Shown piece by piece: positions 51,602 to 64,000 of a stretch of DNA of 64,000 nt. The DNA lies in the NCBI GenBank assembly GCA_012295275.1, contig CM022665.1, positions 33,046,001 to 33,110,000 of the forward strand, written 5' to 3'. Made by a program: the position numbers and the translations under genes. A model generated the notes under the pieces. It searched no databases. It had not been told where the DNA came from and was given only the letters and a program-made list of their open reading frames with translations. The stretch's first letter is position 1; every line of letters starts with the position of its first letter. This DNA comes from Chrysomallon squamiferum (taxonomy: Eukaryota; Animalia; Mollusca).

Positions 51602-51607
51602 TTTATT
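51602..51607 (-). terminator. Candidate UNC79 poly(A) signal
   Basis: AATAAA on the minus strand with a U/GU-rich tract downstream; other AATAAA hexamers exist (e.g. 52682). Confidence 0.3.
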
Positions 51608-52811
51608 CAAAAGCTATATTTTAGTAATACATGTGTATTTAGAGCTGTAAAAGTTTTCAGAATTAAGTGATTACTTTAGTTTGATTGAAAATTAAAATTT
51701 CCATGGAATAATTTCTATAGCAAAGTAAGTATGTCATACACAAACAAACAATATAGATGCAAAAAATGCAACACATACATTTTGGATTTCATGCTATTTG
51801 CAAATGACATAAATGCTGTATAAGATTAATAAAACCAAAACAAATTTAAAAAATGTATTTAAAGGATGTAGTTATGCCCCATGTGTATGAGTATCTGTGT
51901 GTGTCTTGTGTATGTCTGTGCATGCAACTACTCAAAACTAGATACTCAGTAAATCGTAAGTCCATCAAATCAGTACATTTTTCTTGGCCCTTAATTTATA
52001 AATAGTGTGTGTGTGTGTGATTAGTAATAGCATCCAAGAAGACTAAGTAATAAAGAGAGGGAAGGGAAAATTAAGATATAGTTGATACAGAGAAGAAATT
52101 ATAGTGGCAAGTATACATTTCAGCATTACAAATTGTTGCAGATCATAATGAAACATGCCACCACAAGCCAAATTTGAAATCCAAATTTTTTAATGTCATT
52201 AAAATTATTGTATGTTGCAAAATGGCACTCTTATGGATATTTAGATGAAAAAAAAGAAAAGAGAAAAAACCTGTTTTGAAGAAGTCTAAGGAGTGAAAAA
52301 GTTAATAAAAGGAGAAATAAAAATATATTGCACTACACATTAAACATTCTAGAAGATGATGACAATACAGGGTACTGCACATCATGCAATATACTTGACA
52401 ACAGCAATGTAATAATATATATTACACATGAGTAGAATTATTAGTATTTGTAACATCACATTTTGCTTTTATACAAAACAAATAAAACATTCTTTTTGAA
52501 AAATTATAAATTGTTTTTACATGTTTAAGAAAAGAAACAAAACTGACATTAAAAGAAAATGCTTTAAATAAAAAATACTTCTAAAACATCTACAGTTGTA
52601 TGAATAAATAAGATACAATTTTATCTGATTAAAACATCAAAATTATATGCAACTCAAATAATATTTCTAAATGTGAGTCATTTTATTAGATAACAATGAA
52701 AAGAATACTTTGGTTAAATATAATCATTGTCTGACAATTTGTTTGATTATATATTGATGCTTTATGTCAATTATATAATTTTGGTTAGTGTAGTCCGAGT
52801 TAGTTATATGT

Positions 52812-52991
52812 TTAAACGGTATAGAACTGAGTAGCAGCAGACGACTGCACTTCTATCTGTCCTAGTTTAAACTGGATTCTCTTTAGCCACGTTAGCAGTA
52901 TACTAGAGTTGAATGAAGATTGGTCCTTGGTTGGGTGGGGGGGTTCCCAACACTGACAGGTCTGTAAACGAACTTGAAGATGACCTGGAAG
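52812..52991 (-). CDS. UNC79: UNC79 last coding exon (LPGHLQVRLQ...QFYTV*)
   Basis: tttag|CTT...GTT TAA. Confidence 0.95.
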   Translation of the reverse strand, partial: LPGHLQVRLQTCQCWEPPHPTKDQSSFNSSILLTWLKRIQFKLGQIEVQSSAATQFYTV

Positions 52992-55069
52992 CTAAAAAAA
53001 ATTAAAATTTATAAAAATATTGTTTTATCTTTTACAATTTTAATTCTAAATATATAGTTTTCACACAAATACTTTCTGTTCCTATGATTAAGTGTGTCTA
53101 TGATGGTTCAAAATGGATAATCATTTATTCATTCTTGAATGTCTATAAAATATAATTTTCTTCTATGATGCAAATATGTTACAATTAGCATTAAGTTGAT
53201 TAACATACTGGTTTAGATCTGTAACCAAATCTATGTTTAACTCAAATAAAGGTGAAAGAGATGTATTTTACTATTATGAGACAAAGACAAAATACTGCTC
53301 ATATATATTATACAAGTGACAAGTAGGGAACCCCCTACCCCTGCCAAAAATAACTATTAATTAATCTCACCTGAGCATGGTAAGCAAACAAAATTGGTGT
53401 CCACATGGGAAATAACTACAAAACAAAAAGAAAGAAGAGAGCTGTAAGATATGTTAATTGACAAATATTTTAAAAATGTTAAAATCAAATTTTGAAATTT
53501 CTGTTACCTTTGCTAGTACAGAAGAATTGCATTCTTGTAAAGCTTCCATCAGACTTAGAAAATGTAGATTCACCATCTCAGCAAGCTAAAAATACAATCA
53601 TTTCTTGGTACCATATTAAATTATTAACAAAATATTTAACAAAGAAATTGAAGAAAGTCTTTATTAAATATGATTATAACAATACAGCTAATTTCAGATT
53701 ATGAAATAAAATTTACATTTCTAAATAAAATTTCTAAAAGATTTTCTATATACCAATGTATTTGATATATCCAGAATATAACTTTAACCAGCAAAGAAAA
53801 AACCTATTTATACAAGATGCATCATAAATCTAAGGCAAGCTTTTATTCACTCTTCTGAGATGAATTATCTATTACTTTGTTTTGTCTACACAAATATAAA
53901 ATTAAGATACTCTAACATCTTCATTCTTATTACAGACAATTGTCTGGGGTTTTTTCAGAAAATCAATGTAAATACAGTAACTACTGCTTAAAATACTAAA
54001 ATAATTAGAAATAATCCAATATATATATATATATATGTATTTTTTAAATCTGTTTTATGCCATAATAATTTTCTGTTTTATTTTATCCATTTTGTTTTTT
54101 GTTTCTTTGTTTGATTATTAATTAGGTAATATCATAAAATAGTTTAAGAAAAAACTAATTTAAATTCTCCTAAAACAATTATTTAATGTGACACAAAAGC
54201 AACAACAAAAACAACAACAATAATAATTATTGTATTTTGACTTTTTCTAATCTCTATCCAATATACCAAAAAGTAAGTAAGTGTGTGTGTTTTTGTGCAC
54301 ATATATTCAAACCGCCAATACAAGTTCAATATTATTAGCAGATATGGTTACTATGAAGTTAGCCCATGTAATGTCAGTCATTTGTATAAAGAGTTGATTC
54401 ATGTGTTATTTCCTGCCTTTTTGTGTTAATTTTAAAAAGGCACATCTTATGTAATAATGAAAATGGATTTTCAATATTAACGTTCTTGAAAGAAAATATT
54501 GCTATGTACTGTAATTATTTTTTAAAAGTTTACTTTATTTAGTACACTAATTAAAGCCAAATATTCATCTCTCTTCTATAAAATAATATTTTAAAAAATC
54601 TTTACTTTCTAACATATGATATACAATTAATATATCATTTATACACCAGATTTAAACATGTATTTTACAATTAGTTACACCTTTATTAAAATATGTACAC
54701 ATATATAAAAAGAAAAAAAAATAACATAGAAGCAATGCAGAATAATTTATGCTAACACATAGAACTGACATTGTTTTGTTATTTATTATATAATGCAACA
54801 TTTTATATCAGCCTAAAAGGACTTTTATTACTATAATACAGACATTAGAAATTTAAGTTTGATACAGTAGATTTTAAATTTCTTTTCAAAATTTCATTAA
54901 AACAGAAAATACTTTAAAAAATAAATAAAATAAAATAAAATAAAATAAATAAATAAAGAAGTAAAAAGTAAATAGAAAACAAACTTCACTCAGCTTCATC
55001 TATTTCCATCAAATGTGCAAATGCATGCATAAGTAAAACAATGAATTAATAAAAAAATTACTACTAATA

Positions 55070-55113
<44 letters not shown>

Positions 55114-58100
55114 TTAAAAAGTTATTGTTCATTTTCTTCTAGTACATAAAACCAAAAATAAACCAGTGACTGAAAAAATTTGAAGAAGAAAGCTGTCTTA
55201 GTGTTTTACATGTTCATCTTAAGCAATTAATTTCCCTTTAAACTAATGCTAGTTTGAGTTAAAGCTTCTGTTAGCATACATGCAGTCACATAATATAAAC
55301 AACTAAGGTGCAAGCAAACCTCATAGGTCGTTTTATCCTGTAGTAAAAGATGGCAGGAATGAAGACACCTAGTATTTATTAATATGTTCATTCTTTTTCA
55401 TTTTTTTCAAATAATTTATAAATTTGCCATGGAATGAAGGAACAAAATAATGAACAAATGAATAAAAAATTGTGAAAATTAAATTGTTTTATTCTTTGTT
55501 TTTCAAAAAAAAAAAATAATAATAATAAAATAAAATATAAATAAATTAAAAAAATTAAATTAAATATAGTGAAACTTATAATGATATAATATTACAATTC
55601 CATTTCTTTATTTATTTATTATTATTTTATAAATAACGGACATCTATAAACGGTCCTTTGTCAGCAAAAAACAATAAGAAATAAATACTATAAAAATAAA
55701 GAAAGAAAAAAAAATTAAATTAAATAAAATTAAAAATTAAAAGTATAAGTTGATTGAAAAGTCAATCCTTGATTAACAAGTTTTAAATTCCTTAGTGTTG
55801 CACTGCAGATTTAAAGGAAATGTAAAAACATTTGAGCTCAACGCAAGAGCCAGCATTCTCCAACAATTTGTGGAATTTTGCCAGGAGCATTCCATGCATT
55901 AACATTTTTAATTACATTACTACTACCTACAGTTGATAAATCTTAGTAATTTGTTGTGAAATATTTAATACATGTTTCATTTAATCTCTATTATATTTTA
56001 ACCTAAATTTAATGGTAACTGAGAAAACTCATTATAAGTATGAAAATAAGTTGTGTTATATGAATCGGAACCAGCAAATGAACATCCCCATACAGTAACT
56101 GTATCATTTATATACCACAGCCAGATGTTTCTGACAACAGTAATATTTAGTAGAAACCTAAATATATTCCCACATAATTTAGATTTTGAAATCTGTTTCC
56201 CAACCTATCCTTTTCAAAACAATGTCCCAGCCTTGAAATGTCTTTTACATTATGGATATGTATATTTTTTAAATTGTAAAAGTTTATACACATAGACATC
56301 TGAAACCATTATTTTAACATATACCTTCAGTAAAGATATATATTTATTAAATTAACATGGTGTTAGTATTTATATAAGAATTGAAAGAAATGTTTAACTA
56401 ACCACTTTAGAGTGTGACAGCAGCTGGAGGATTCCAGGAGTTACTCTAGCCCAGAAATCCATAATCATTGATGATGCATTCTGATACTGTTCACTGTTAG
56501 GTGAATGAAGTGAAGCTGCAGATTCACAGTACATTGTCCAGAGCTGTAATTATAATCTTGTTAAAAACTATATTGTTACTAGGAGTATCAATTTTCTGAA
56601 AGTGCAAAATTGTGGAATTGGAAATCTTTAATGGAAAGAGGAAAAAGCTTTTTTTCCAAATTGTCAAACAAAATTGTCAAACAAAATTGTCAAATAAATT
56701 AATTTATTAATTAATAAATAGATCTATATTATTGTTCTTCTTAACTGATCATTTGAACCAATAAGGTACAACAGTTAGTTATTCTGTGTATGACAAAATA
56801 AATAAAAACACTTCCATACATCAGTTTTGTTGCTGTTTTGTTTTTGTCATGTGACTTGGTTTCATTTTGTTCAGTTGGCTAATTCTTAGGAGAAATTTGA
56901 TAATACAGATGCAAGTGTACATGCATGCACTTTATATAAATTAGCCAATCACATTCAACACTTTATCTTTCCATATAACATTGAAAACAGGAGATTATAT
57001 TGAGAAAATACCCCTGCTTTCTAAATTTATACAAACTAAAATCAAAGATTTTATTTATATACAAAATGTCATTTCTGTTATTAATTATCGGGCCTACTAA
57101 AACAAAAACACAATTTTATGTTGTATCTGTACCATAAACACATCAGTGTACATCTTTACATTAAGGAAGAATGTTTATTAAATCCACTGAATATGGATAG
57201 TGGTTCCGAAACCTTACCTGACTATTGCTGATGATTGAAATGGTATTTTAGTTCAGTAAATGGATAACATATTTTAAAAGCAGAACTTACAATTTTCATC
57301 GTGGAAAATCAATACCCCTAATTTTACATAGGATTTGTTTAGAAATTATATAAATTTAATATAGTAGGATAGCAGAAACAGGCTTTATCACATCAAAATA
57401 AATAGGAAAATATCAGAATATCAACAAAATTGTTTTTCATTACCTGGCAAAAGATAAATGCATGGAACAAAGATGACATGTGAAGAACAGAAGCCTGGAA
57501 TGTAAAAATAATTAAAATGAATACAATAAATAATATTATTATTATGTTATGTTGTGAGGCTGGTTTATATATCTGACAGACAAATAAACTAATTAATTTC
57601 AAAATTCAAACAAAATTCAAAATGACGGAATACCTTGGACTGTTCAGCAAAGCCAGTCATTATAACCATGATATGCTCAGCAATATGGCCACAGGCTTCA
57701 AGTGGCACAGGTAAACAGGAAATAGGAGCCGAACCTTCTGTGACAGCCGTGTGTGTCAGTGAACCAATCAGCAGCCATGAAAGTAACCTAATATGACCAA
57801 TGCAATCTATGAATTCTTTCGGTCTGAAATTAAAAGTTGCAAATGAAAAAAAGAATATACATTTTAAAATTTGTAGCTGTGAATATTAAACTTTATTTCT
57901 AGATTTTTCCATTACTGTTTTTCAAAACATCGATAATATAAATGATAAAATAACAACAAAGTCATTTCATATATCTTAATAATAGAATTTCAGCTAACAA
58001 TATAACAATAGTTCACCCTTGTTGCATGGCTGTTGGAGGATGATAAAGCCAAGGAAGATACCGAGAAATAGCACGATTATCTCTGCCATTTCCTCGTGTT

Positions 58101-61100
58101 ATTTCCAGTGCAATATACTGAGCAATTCCTGATTTCAACTGACTTCCTAATGTATCCTCATTCATGCTGTTGGAACCTCCTTTCAAGCTGCTCTGAAAAC
58201 AAATATTATTTTCTTTAAACATCAAATGAGATGAAAGAAAACAAATTATTTACAAAACAACCTCTGTAAATTATTCTCAAAATGTTATTTTTTTGCCTTT
58301 TTTTTTAAAATTTAATATATTTTTATGTTATTTGTTGATTTCTGTTGTTCTGTGACTGTTTCATTTTTCAACAGTACTGTTGGAAAATGAAAAGGATAAT
58401 TAATGTGCATTATTTTCAATTAACATAAGATGAAGTTACCTTAACTTTGGTCAGCGTATGTAAATCAGCAACAAATTCCATACAATCACTGATGTAATGT
58501 CTCATACACTCAGCCGCACAAGTGCTTATCATAGACTGTGATTGGAAGTACAACATGCCAACATCCCCAATTGAATGAGAGGGACAGATGGTGCCTCCAG
58601 TATCCAAAACAAGGAACTGGATGAAAATACAAAAGAAGTTTTCATTAAAATAATATAAAATTTGTATGAAAGGGAATACGATTGACATTTTTTTTTTTCT
58701 TCCTTTTGTCTAAATGATCTAATAGCTTTTATACAAAATACTTCTGAGTTACTAAACTTGATTATGTTAAAATCAAACTTGGCACGTTCAGGTGAGCTTT
58801 TGCACTTTTACCTGAACAAGCATAAGTAAATTTTCATCTGGAAGAACAGATTTGAACTTCAGTGCTTGAACCAGTTCAAAAATAACTGTTCGTGTCAGTA
58901 TCAATTTGTCACGTTCCTGGAAAAAACAAAAACATTTTTATTGTACCTTTTAAAGAACAGACAATTATTACTGAAGCTATTCATACTATACAATGCAATA
59001 TGTTTTACAATTTATATTTTCATGCATTAAAAAATTATTAGATTAGATACTTGTTCTGGAAAACAGTAAAATATAGATATTTAAAAAAAAAATTAAAAAA
59101 ATTAACAACATAAAAAAACATATTTTTTACATCTTGGTGACTGTTTTTCAAAATTTATAGAGATAAATGAAATGCATTTTTAAAAATAAAGGTTTTACAT
59201 AAGAAATAGCTGGACTGAAATTAATAATACCAACCCTTGAGAAAACTCGATTGCACATGGAGCAGATATCCAACATATCCTGTAACTTGAAGGAACAATT
59301 CTGGATGGTGAAACTTAACAGTTTGGAAAATGGCTCCAAAATATTCTGAAATATTAAGCATTATGAAAATACTTAGCTAACTCTATTTTATCATCTCTTA
59401 AGTAACAGATATAATTAAAAAAAAAGAAGAAATAAACAAAATTACTAAATAAATAAATAAATAAACAAATAAAATATAACTAATGCGCAAGAAATAAATT
59501 AATAATATTCTGAGTAAGGAAAAAGCCAGTAATTTCATATTTAATGAATTCACTTACTCTAACATTTGTAATGGCTGGCACCTTCAGTAACAGAAGAATT
59601 ATCTTCAGCACTTCCTTAATGTCACATGGGTTAGGAAGGATTGTAGGAAGATGACGAAAAAAGATGTCAAACTGAGTCAGAATATTTGCCCACATTGGCG
59701 TCGAGCTTTCTAATGTGATACAGTTGAGATAAAGAGAAATGTTAGAAAGCAACAACATTATGTTCTCTTGAGGAAGACACTTTCTTTGATTCAGACCCTG
59801 GAAAAATATTATAAACATTTTGTTGTTATGTATGAAAATAAACTTTTATATTTTTTCATGTTCATACTAATACTATGAACACCTTATGCAATTAAAATCC
59901 AGTTTCATATTTAAATTTGAAGCTTAACTCAATAACTGGCTCAGCTTTCATAACACACAGACACATAGACACACACACACACACTTAAATATATAGTTAT
60001 AGATAAAAAAAATAGATATATACAGACAGACAGAGAGATAGATAGATAGATAGTCAAACTTCAATACGTTGGAAGATAGCAGCAAAAACAGCTCAAGTAG
60101 TAAAATTTTAAATCTTTACTGCAGTTCTGGCAGAAAAGTTATATAAGTTTAATATATCAAGAAACACTGTTTCGTATTTAATAAACTAAGTACATAATAA
60201 AATAAATAAAAGACACAACTCAAATTAATCTGATATATAAATATATGCACACACCCCCACACAAATTATGTACATATATTTTATGAAAAAGTATTTATTG
60301 AGATATAAAACAGCAAAAACATACAATACATACAGATACATAGATTACTGGAAAAAAATATCAAGTTCATGTATATTCAGATTTCTAAACTTGGCAGAAC
60401 ATAATCATTCATTACTGAAGTTTTAACAGCACTAGATGTACAGAAATAATATTTAAAATCACAAACATGACAAGACTGTTTTAAATCACAAACATTCTAC
60501 AAAAAAAAAAAGACATTATAACTATATTAGTACTGATACACCTGCTTAAAAATATTATTTCTGCCATAAATATGATGATTAACAGACTAAAAAATCATCA
60601 GTTCAAAATGTCATTATCCAAAAAAGTAATGAAAGCCTGGTTTCTTAAAGAAATCATTTTTCAGTACAGTGTCTGTAATTCCACATAAAACTGTTGTGAA
60701 AATGTTCACGGTTCAACAGATGTATAAACATTAAGTGGCATTTAAATAGCAAATAGCATGTTTGACACAATACACTTGTTTGTAAGCAAAACAAACATCA
60801 ATTGGTGAACTTATCATTTAAATTCTAAACTTTTTTGAAATATGTCTGCAGTTAGGTAATATGTAAAGGTACTGTAAAATCACAGATGATGGAGGTAGGC
60901 ATATTTCATTCCATTTAATCATTGACCTGTTGTTTGTATTTACCAAGAGAAACAATAGCTTGACCATTCCAACACTTGGAGTTTTTTAAGGCTAATTTCT
61001 ATTAAATCGGTTCAAGTAAACAGAGGTTTTGATATATCAGCGTTTGATTACTGAAAGGTCATTATTACTAATTATAATAATTTATATGAGCTCAACCAGG

Positions 61101-64000
61101 ACCAGACTTTTGGCTCAAGAAGTTGAGAATCTCTACAAAGAGATGATTCAGTTATCCAATTTTGACAGTATATATTTTTAATTAAATAAATAAAAAAAAG
61201 ACAGACAAAAACAGAACAAAACTATAAACTCAGGGTTCAGATTTTACCATAGCACTGACAACAGGTTCATGGTTGACCTCCTTACTTGCCTTGCTGGCTC
61301 AAAATGTGGACAATGTCCATGGCAATAAAAGCCCACATGGATTGCCTCTGCTGCTTTCCCTAAAATTCTGCTGATTCATTGACCATGTCCAGTAAAAACA
61401 ATAAGAACCCACATGTTTCTTAGCATTTTTCTTTAATGTTTTGCATTCAACTTCTGTCAACAGAACAATTCTTGAGGCAGGCTTATAAATGCAAACATTA
61501 TTTGCATAATCATGCTATACTTCAGGAACAATGCCATTACTGCATCAATTACATATTTCTATTGTCTTAACTTTAAACCATAAATGCCATAACAAGATAG
61601 AATTAAAAAATGCAAAGAGAGGAGCTTAGCTTGGCAGCTGCAAAATTCTTAATTTTCTTCTTTTTCTTAGATATGAGTGATTCATATAAACATTTAATAG
61701 TTATTGGCTGTAGTTATAAGCTGTGGCAACCTGAATGACTTCCATGAAAACCCCAATAAAAATTAAGTTCCTTTGATGCCTAACATTTCTCAAGGCAACA
61801 CTTGCTGTGCCATAAAAAAAAAAAAATCTCTCACTTGTAAATGTATGAAAGTAAGAATATTTGATGGCTGAAACAACATGTTGCTTTAACAGAAGATTTA
61901 CATAAAAGATATTACCTCAAGGACAAGTTGCAATGGTGCATGTGAAGTTAATTCATTAAAATCAATTAGAGCTGTTGCCATGGTTTTGAAGAAATGAGGA
62001 TCTAAAACAAAAATATAGTAATATATAGAAACATTTTGTAAATTTATTAATTCATTATGAAATATATTTAGAAAAAGAATATAACAGATATTTTATCATA
62101 CATACATAAAGACTATCATTACATTTCAAGTATCATATAAAAACATGAAATGTGTTAAATAAAATAAAATTATGTATTCGTACCATCAAACCGACTCTGA
62201 AACAGCATAGGAAAGATCCCATTTGGAGCAAGGTGATGCAGTACACATCGCAGAAACTGGCGAGCAATGCTAACACAGTTACCAGGCATCATTAGATTGC
62301 TATAAAAGATGAAATTGCATTTAGGAAAGGCAAAATAAATAAAACTCTCTGAAAATTTACCATATCATAAAATATGTTGGGCAGCTATATAAATAAATAA
62401 AAACTTTCATGATTAAACTTATTCAACTATAGTAAGATTATAAAACAATGTATTAATTAATTAACCTACTGTTAATTAAAGGGTTATAAAATGTCTTTGT
62501 TTTCAATATAAATAAAATAATTCTATATTCAAAATTTAAAACTCACCTTTCAGTTTGCCATGAATACTGACTACTTGATGCAATACTAAAAAAATAAAAT
62601 AATAACGATATAATTTATTGTTAATGCAATGGAAAAAAATTGAGTGTGTGCATGTTTAAGAGAGGTGAAAGAGAGAGAGAGAATTTGAGTGAAGCAGAGA
62701 TAAACCAGATTTATTAATCATTTTCATAGCCCTATTCCTGTGAACAAAACTGTACATACCTGGAGACACATTTTAACATGTCCAGTAACATAGGTGTAGC
62801 AAGAGCTGGTTCCCGATGTATGAATGTAGCAAGAACAGTAATAGCCAAACCTATTGTGTCATCATCATACTGTTCTAATACAACTCCACACTCTGTACAT
62901 TTTTCTATCATGATGTTGTCTCCAAACCTAGACGCTAATTGTTTTTTAATGGCAGACTGACTTTTGGCAAGTAGTGCTGCTTTTCGATTTCTTCTCCTAA
63001 AAGAGAAAAATTGTTACTGAAATTTTGTTATTAATTGCTGAATAATAATATGTTTTCAAAAATGACTCGTTAATATTACATTAAAAATAGATTAGCCTGG
63101 TAACAAAATTTGTTCAGTGTATTTAAAAACATAAAAATTAACTATTAAACTAATCTTGAACTACTGAAATGATTCAAGATATAACAGAAGTTTGTTGAGA
63201 TGGGTTTAGGTAACCAGAACCAATTTTATTTCTCCAAAAAGTGCATTCCTATGTAGGAACATATACATTTGTGTTACTTGTATGGTATCACCTGATATAT
63301 ATATATAAGGCAAAGTTTAATTAAGCAATTTCAAAATTGTGTGTCAAACCATTCTTATTTTTCTGTATTTTACCAATAGCTTGTTTGCATTTATTTTCCA
63401 AACTTACCCTGAATGTCTGCTGGTATTTGTTCTGTCCTCTTCTTTTTCAAGACAAGTCTCATTCAACTCTGGAAATATCTTCTGTAGCTCTACTGTAGTT
63501 AAACCTGTTTTCCTAGACTTGCGTTGTCTGAAATTTGGCTTCAACACTTGTCTTGAGTTGCTGTATGTGCTGTCATCTTCAAATAATTGTATAGAATTAT
63601 AAAAATCATCGAAATAAATTAAATTAATTTTTATAGAAAATATCATTTAAATTTAGAATAACTATATGGGCTCTCTGATCATCATGTATGACTGGTATTA
63701 AAAATTTTTTAACTTTGCCAATAAATTTTTGTGTTATATATTTAAATAATTATATTGTAGCACTTTAGTATTATACAAAATAGATTTTTTTATTTTTTGG
63801 AATGATCACTGAACTTAACTGGATTGGCTTATAAATGACTTAAATCATTCTAAGTGCATATAAATTAGAAGACATTGTTTACGTGCTTACCTCTGCTGTC
63901 TTCATTTGCTCCATCACCCCCTGAGTCAGTTCCCATTGTGTGTTTTTCTGACTCACAGTCAGATGTCTGTGTCTTCTCACTCTCTGTACTCTCAAGTTCA
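52812..64000 (-). CDS. UNC79: UNC79 (NALCN channelosome subunit), 3' part of gene, 17 coding exons; continues beyond the window end
   Basis: Spliced translation matches UNC79 motifs as I recall them: CTECGVVLEQYDDDTIGLAI, ARQFLRC..HLAPNGIFP, LEPFSKLLSF, RYLPWLYHPPTAMQQGPKEFIDC, SVLHMSSLFHAFIF, FWARVTPGILQL, QFKLGQIEVQSSAATQFYTV*. Confidence 0.96.
53371..53415 (-). CDS. UNC79: UNC79 exon (LFPMWTPILFAYHAQ)
   Basis: tgtag|TTA...CAG|gtgaga. Confidence 0.92.
53508..53585 (-). CDS. UNC79: UNC79 exon (LAEMVNLHFLSLMEALQECNSSVLAK)
   Basis: tttag|CTT...AAG|gtaaca. Confidence 0.94.
55070..55110. repeat. (TAA)n microsatellite
   Basis: Read directly from the sequence. Confidence 0.9.
56403..56543 (-). 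CDS. UNC79: UNC79 exon (LWTMYCE...FWARVTPGILQLLSHSKV)
   Basis: tacag|CTC...GTG|gttagt. Confidence 0.93.
57444..57494 (-). CDS. UNC79: UNC79 exon (ASVLHMSSLFHAFIFCQ)
   Basis: tccag|GCT...CAG|gtaatg. Confidence 0.94.
57634..57823 (-). CDS. UNC79: UNC79 exon (PKEFIDCIGHIRLLSWLL...FAEQSK)
   Basis: ttcag|A...AAG|gtattc. Confidence 0.95.
58017..58192 (-). CDS. UNC79: UNC79 exon (SSLKGG...RYLPWLYHPPTAMQQG)
   Basis: ttcag|AGC...AAGG|gtgaac. Confidence 0.95.
58440..58616 (-). CDS. UNC79: UNC79 exon (FLVLDTGG...DLHTLTKVK)
   Basis: tccag|TTC...AAG|gtaact. Confidence 0.94.
58812..58916 (-). CDS. UNC79: UNC79 exon (ERDKLILTR...NLLMLVQ)
   Basis: tccag|GAA...CAG|gtaaaa. Confidence 0.94.
59235..59345 (-). 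CDS. UNC79: UNC79 exon (NILEPFSKLLSF...RVFSR)
   Basis: ttcag|AAT...AGG|gttggt. Confidence 0.92.
59558..59797 (-). CDS. UNC79: UNC79 exon (GLNQRKCLP...ITNVR)
   Basis: tccag|GGT...AGA|gtaagt. Confidence 0.94.
61916..62001 (-). CDS. UNC79: UNC79 exon (PHFFKTMATALIDFNEL...VLE)
   Basis: tttag|AT...GAG|gtaata. Confidence 0.93.
62184..62299 (-). CDS. UNC79: UNC79 exon (NLMMPGNCVSIARQFLRC...RFD)
   Basis: tatag|C...GATG|gtacga. Confidence 0.93.
62547..62585 (-). CDS. UNC79: UNC79 exon (IASSSQYSWQTES)
   Basis: tttag|T...AAAG|gtgagt. Confidence 0.9.
62760..62996 (-). CDS. UNC79: UNC79 exon (RRNRKAA...CTECGVVLEQYDD...KCVS)
   Basis: tttag|G...CCAG|gtatgt. Confidence 0.93.
63408..63576 (-). CDS. UNC79: UNC79 exon (DDSTYSNSRQVLKPNFRQRK...RHSG)
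   Basis: ORF 63404..63646; donor GG|gtaagt; acceptor tgaag chosen by phase, so the 5' edge is less sure. Confidence 0.75.
63891..64000 (-). CDS. UNC79: UNC79 exon, partial (ELESTESEKTQTSD...NEDSR)
   Basis: Open acidic frame ending AGAG|gtaagc. Confidence 0.8.

Noticed and set aside
60050-61150. Tigger-like TIR ends (also near 31633 and 36621)
   Set aside because: Too degenerate to fix boundaries or TSDs.
1-64000. CRISPR arrays, tRNA/rRNA genes, U12 introns, hammerhead ribozymes
   Set aside because: I saw no repeat-spacer array, cloverleaf, GTATCCTT donor or complete CUGANGA/GAAA core; the DNA is eukaryotic.

Overview
AT-rich, intron-rich animal genomic DNA. The repeat content suggests a lophotrochozoan, probably a mollusc, but that is inference. 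It holds the 3' parts of two convergent genes. PSME4/PA200 (+) has 32 coding exons from 1882 to the stop at 30936, ending in the YYA HbYX motif. UNC79 (-) has 17 coding exons from the window end to the stop at 52812. Both were assembled by hand with consistent splice phases. Introns and the intergenic region contain hAT/Buster, Sola2-like long-TIR, Tigger/pogo, Tc1 and Academ-like transposons and I/Nimb-type LINE remnants. The most interesting unexplained signals are: (1) frame-preserving candidate microexons with UGC and UGCAUG motifs in one UNC79 intron; (2) GC-richer islands in PSME4 introns that fold on the sense strand, including H/ACA-like and C/D-like snoRNA candidates; (3) a GC-AG intron and a probable 3'UTR intron in PSME4; (4) a nested, rearranged long-TIR element carrying DR2-type AGGTCA repeats. 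All RNA folds and protein comparisons were done by eye and from memory, not computed.
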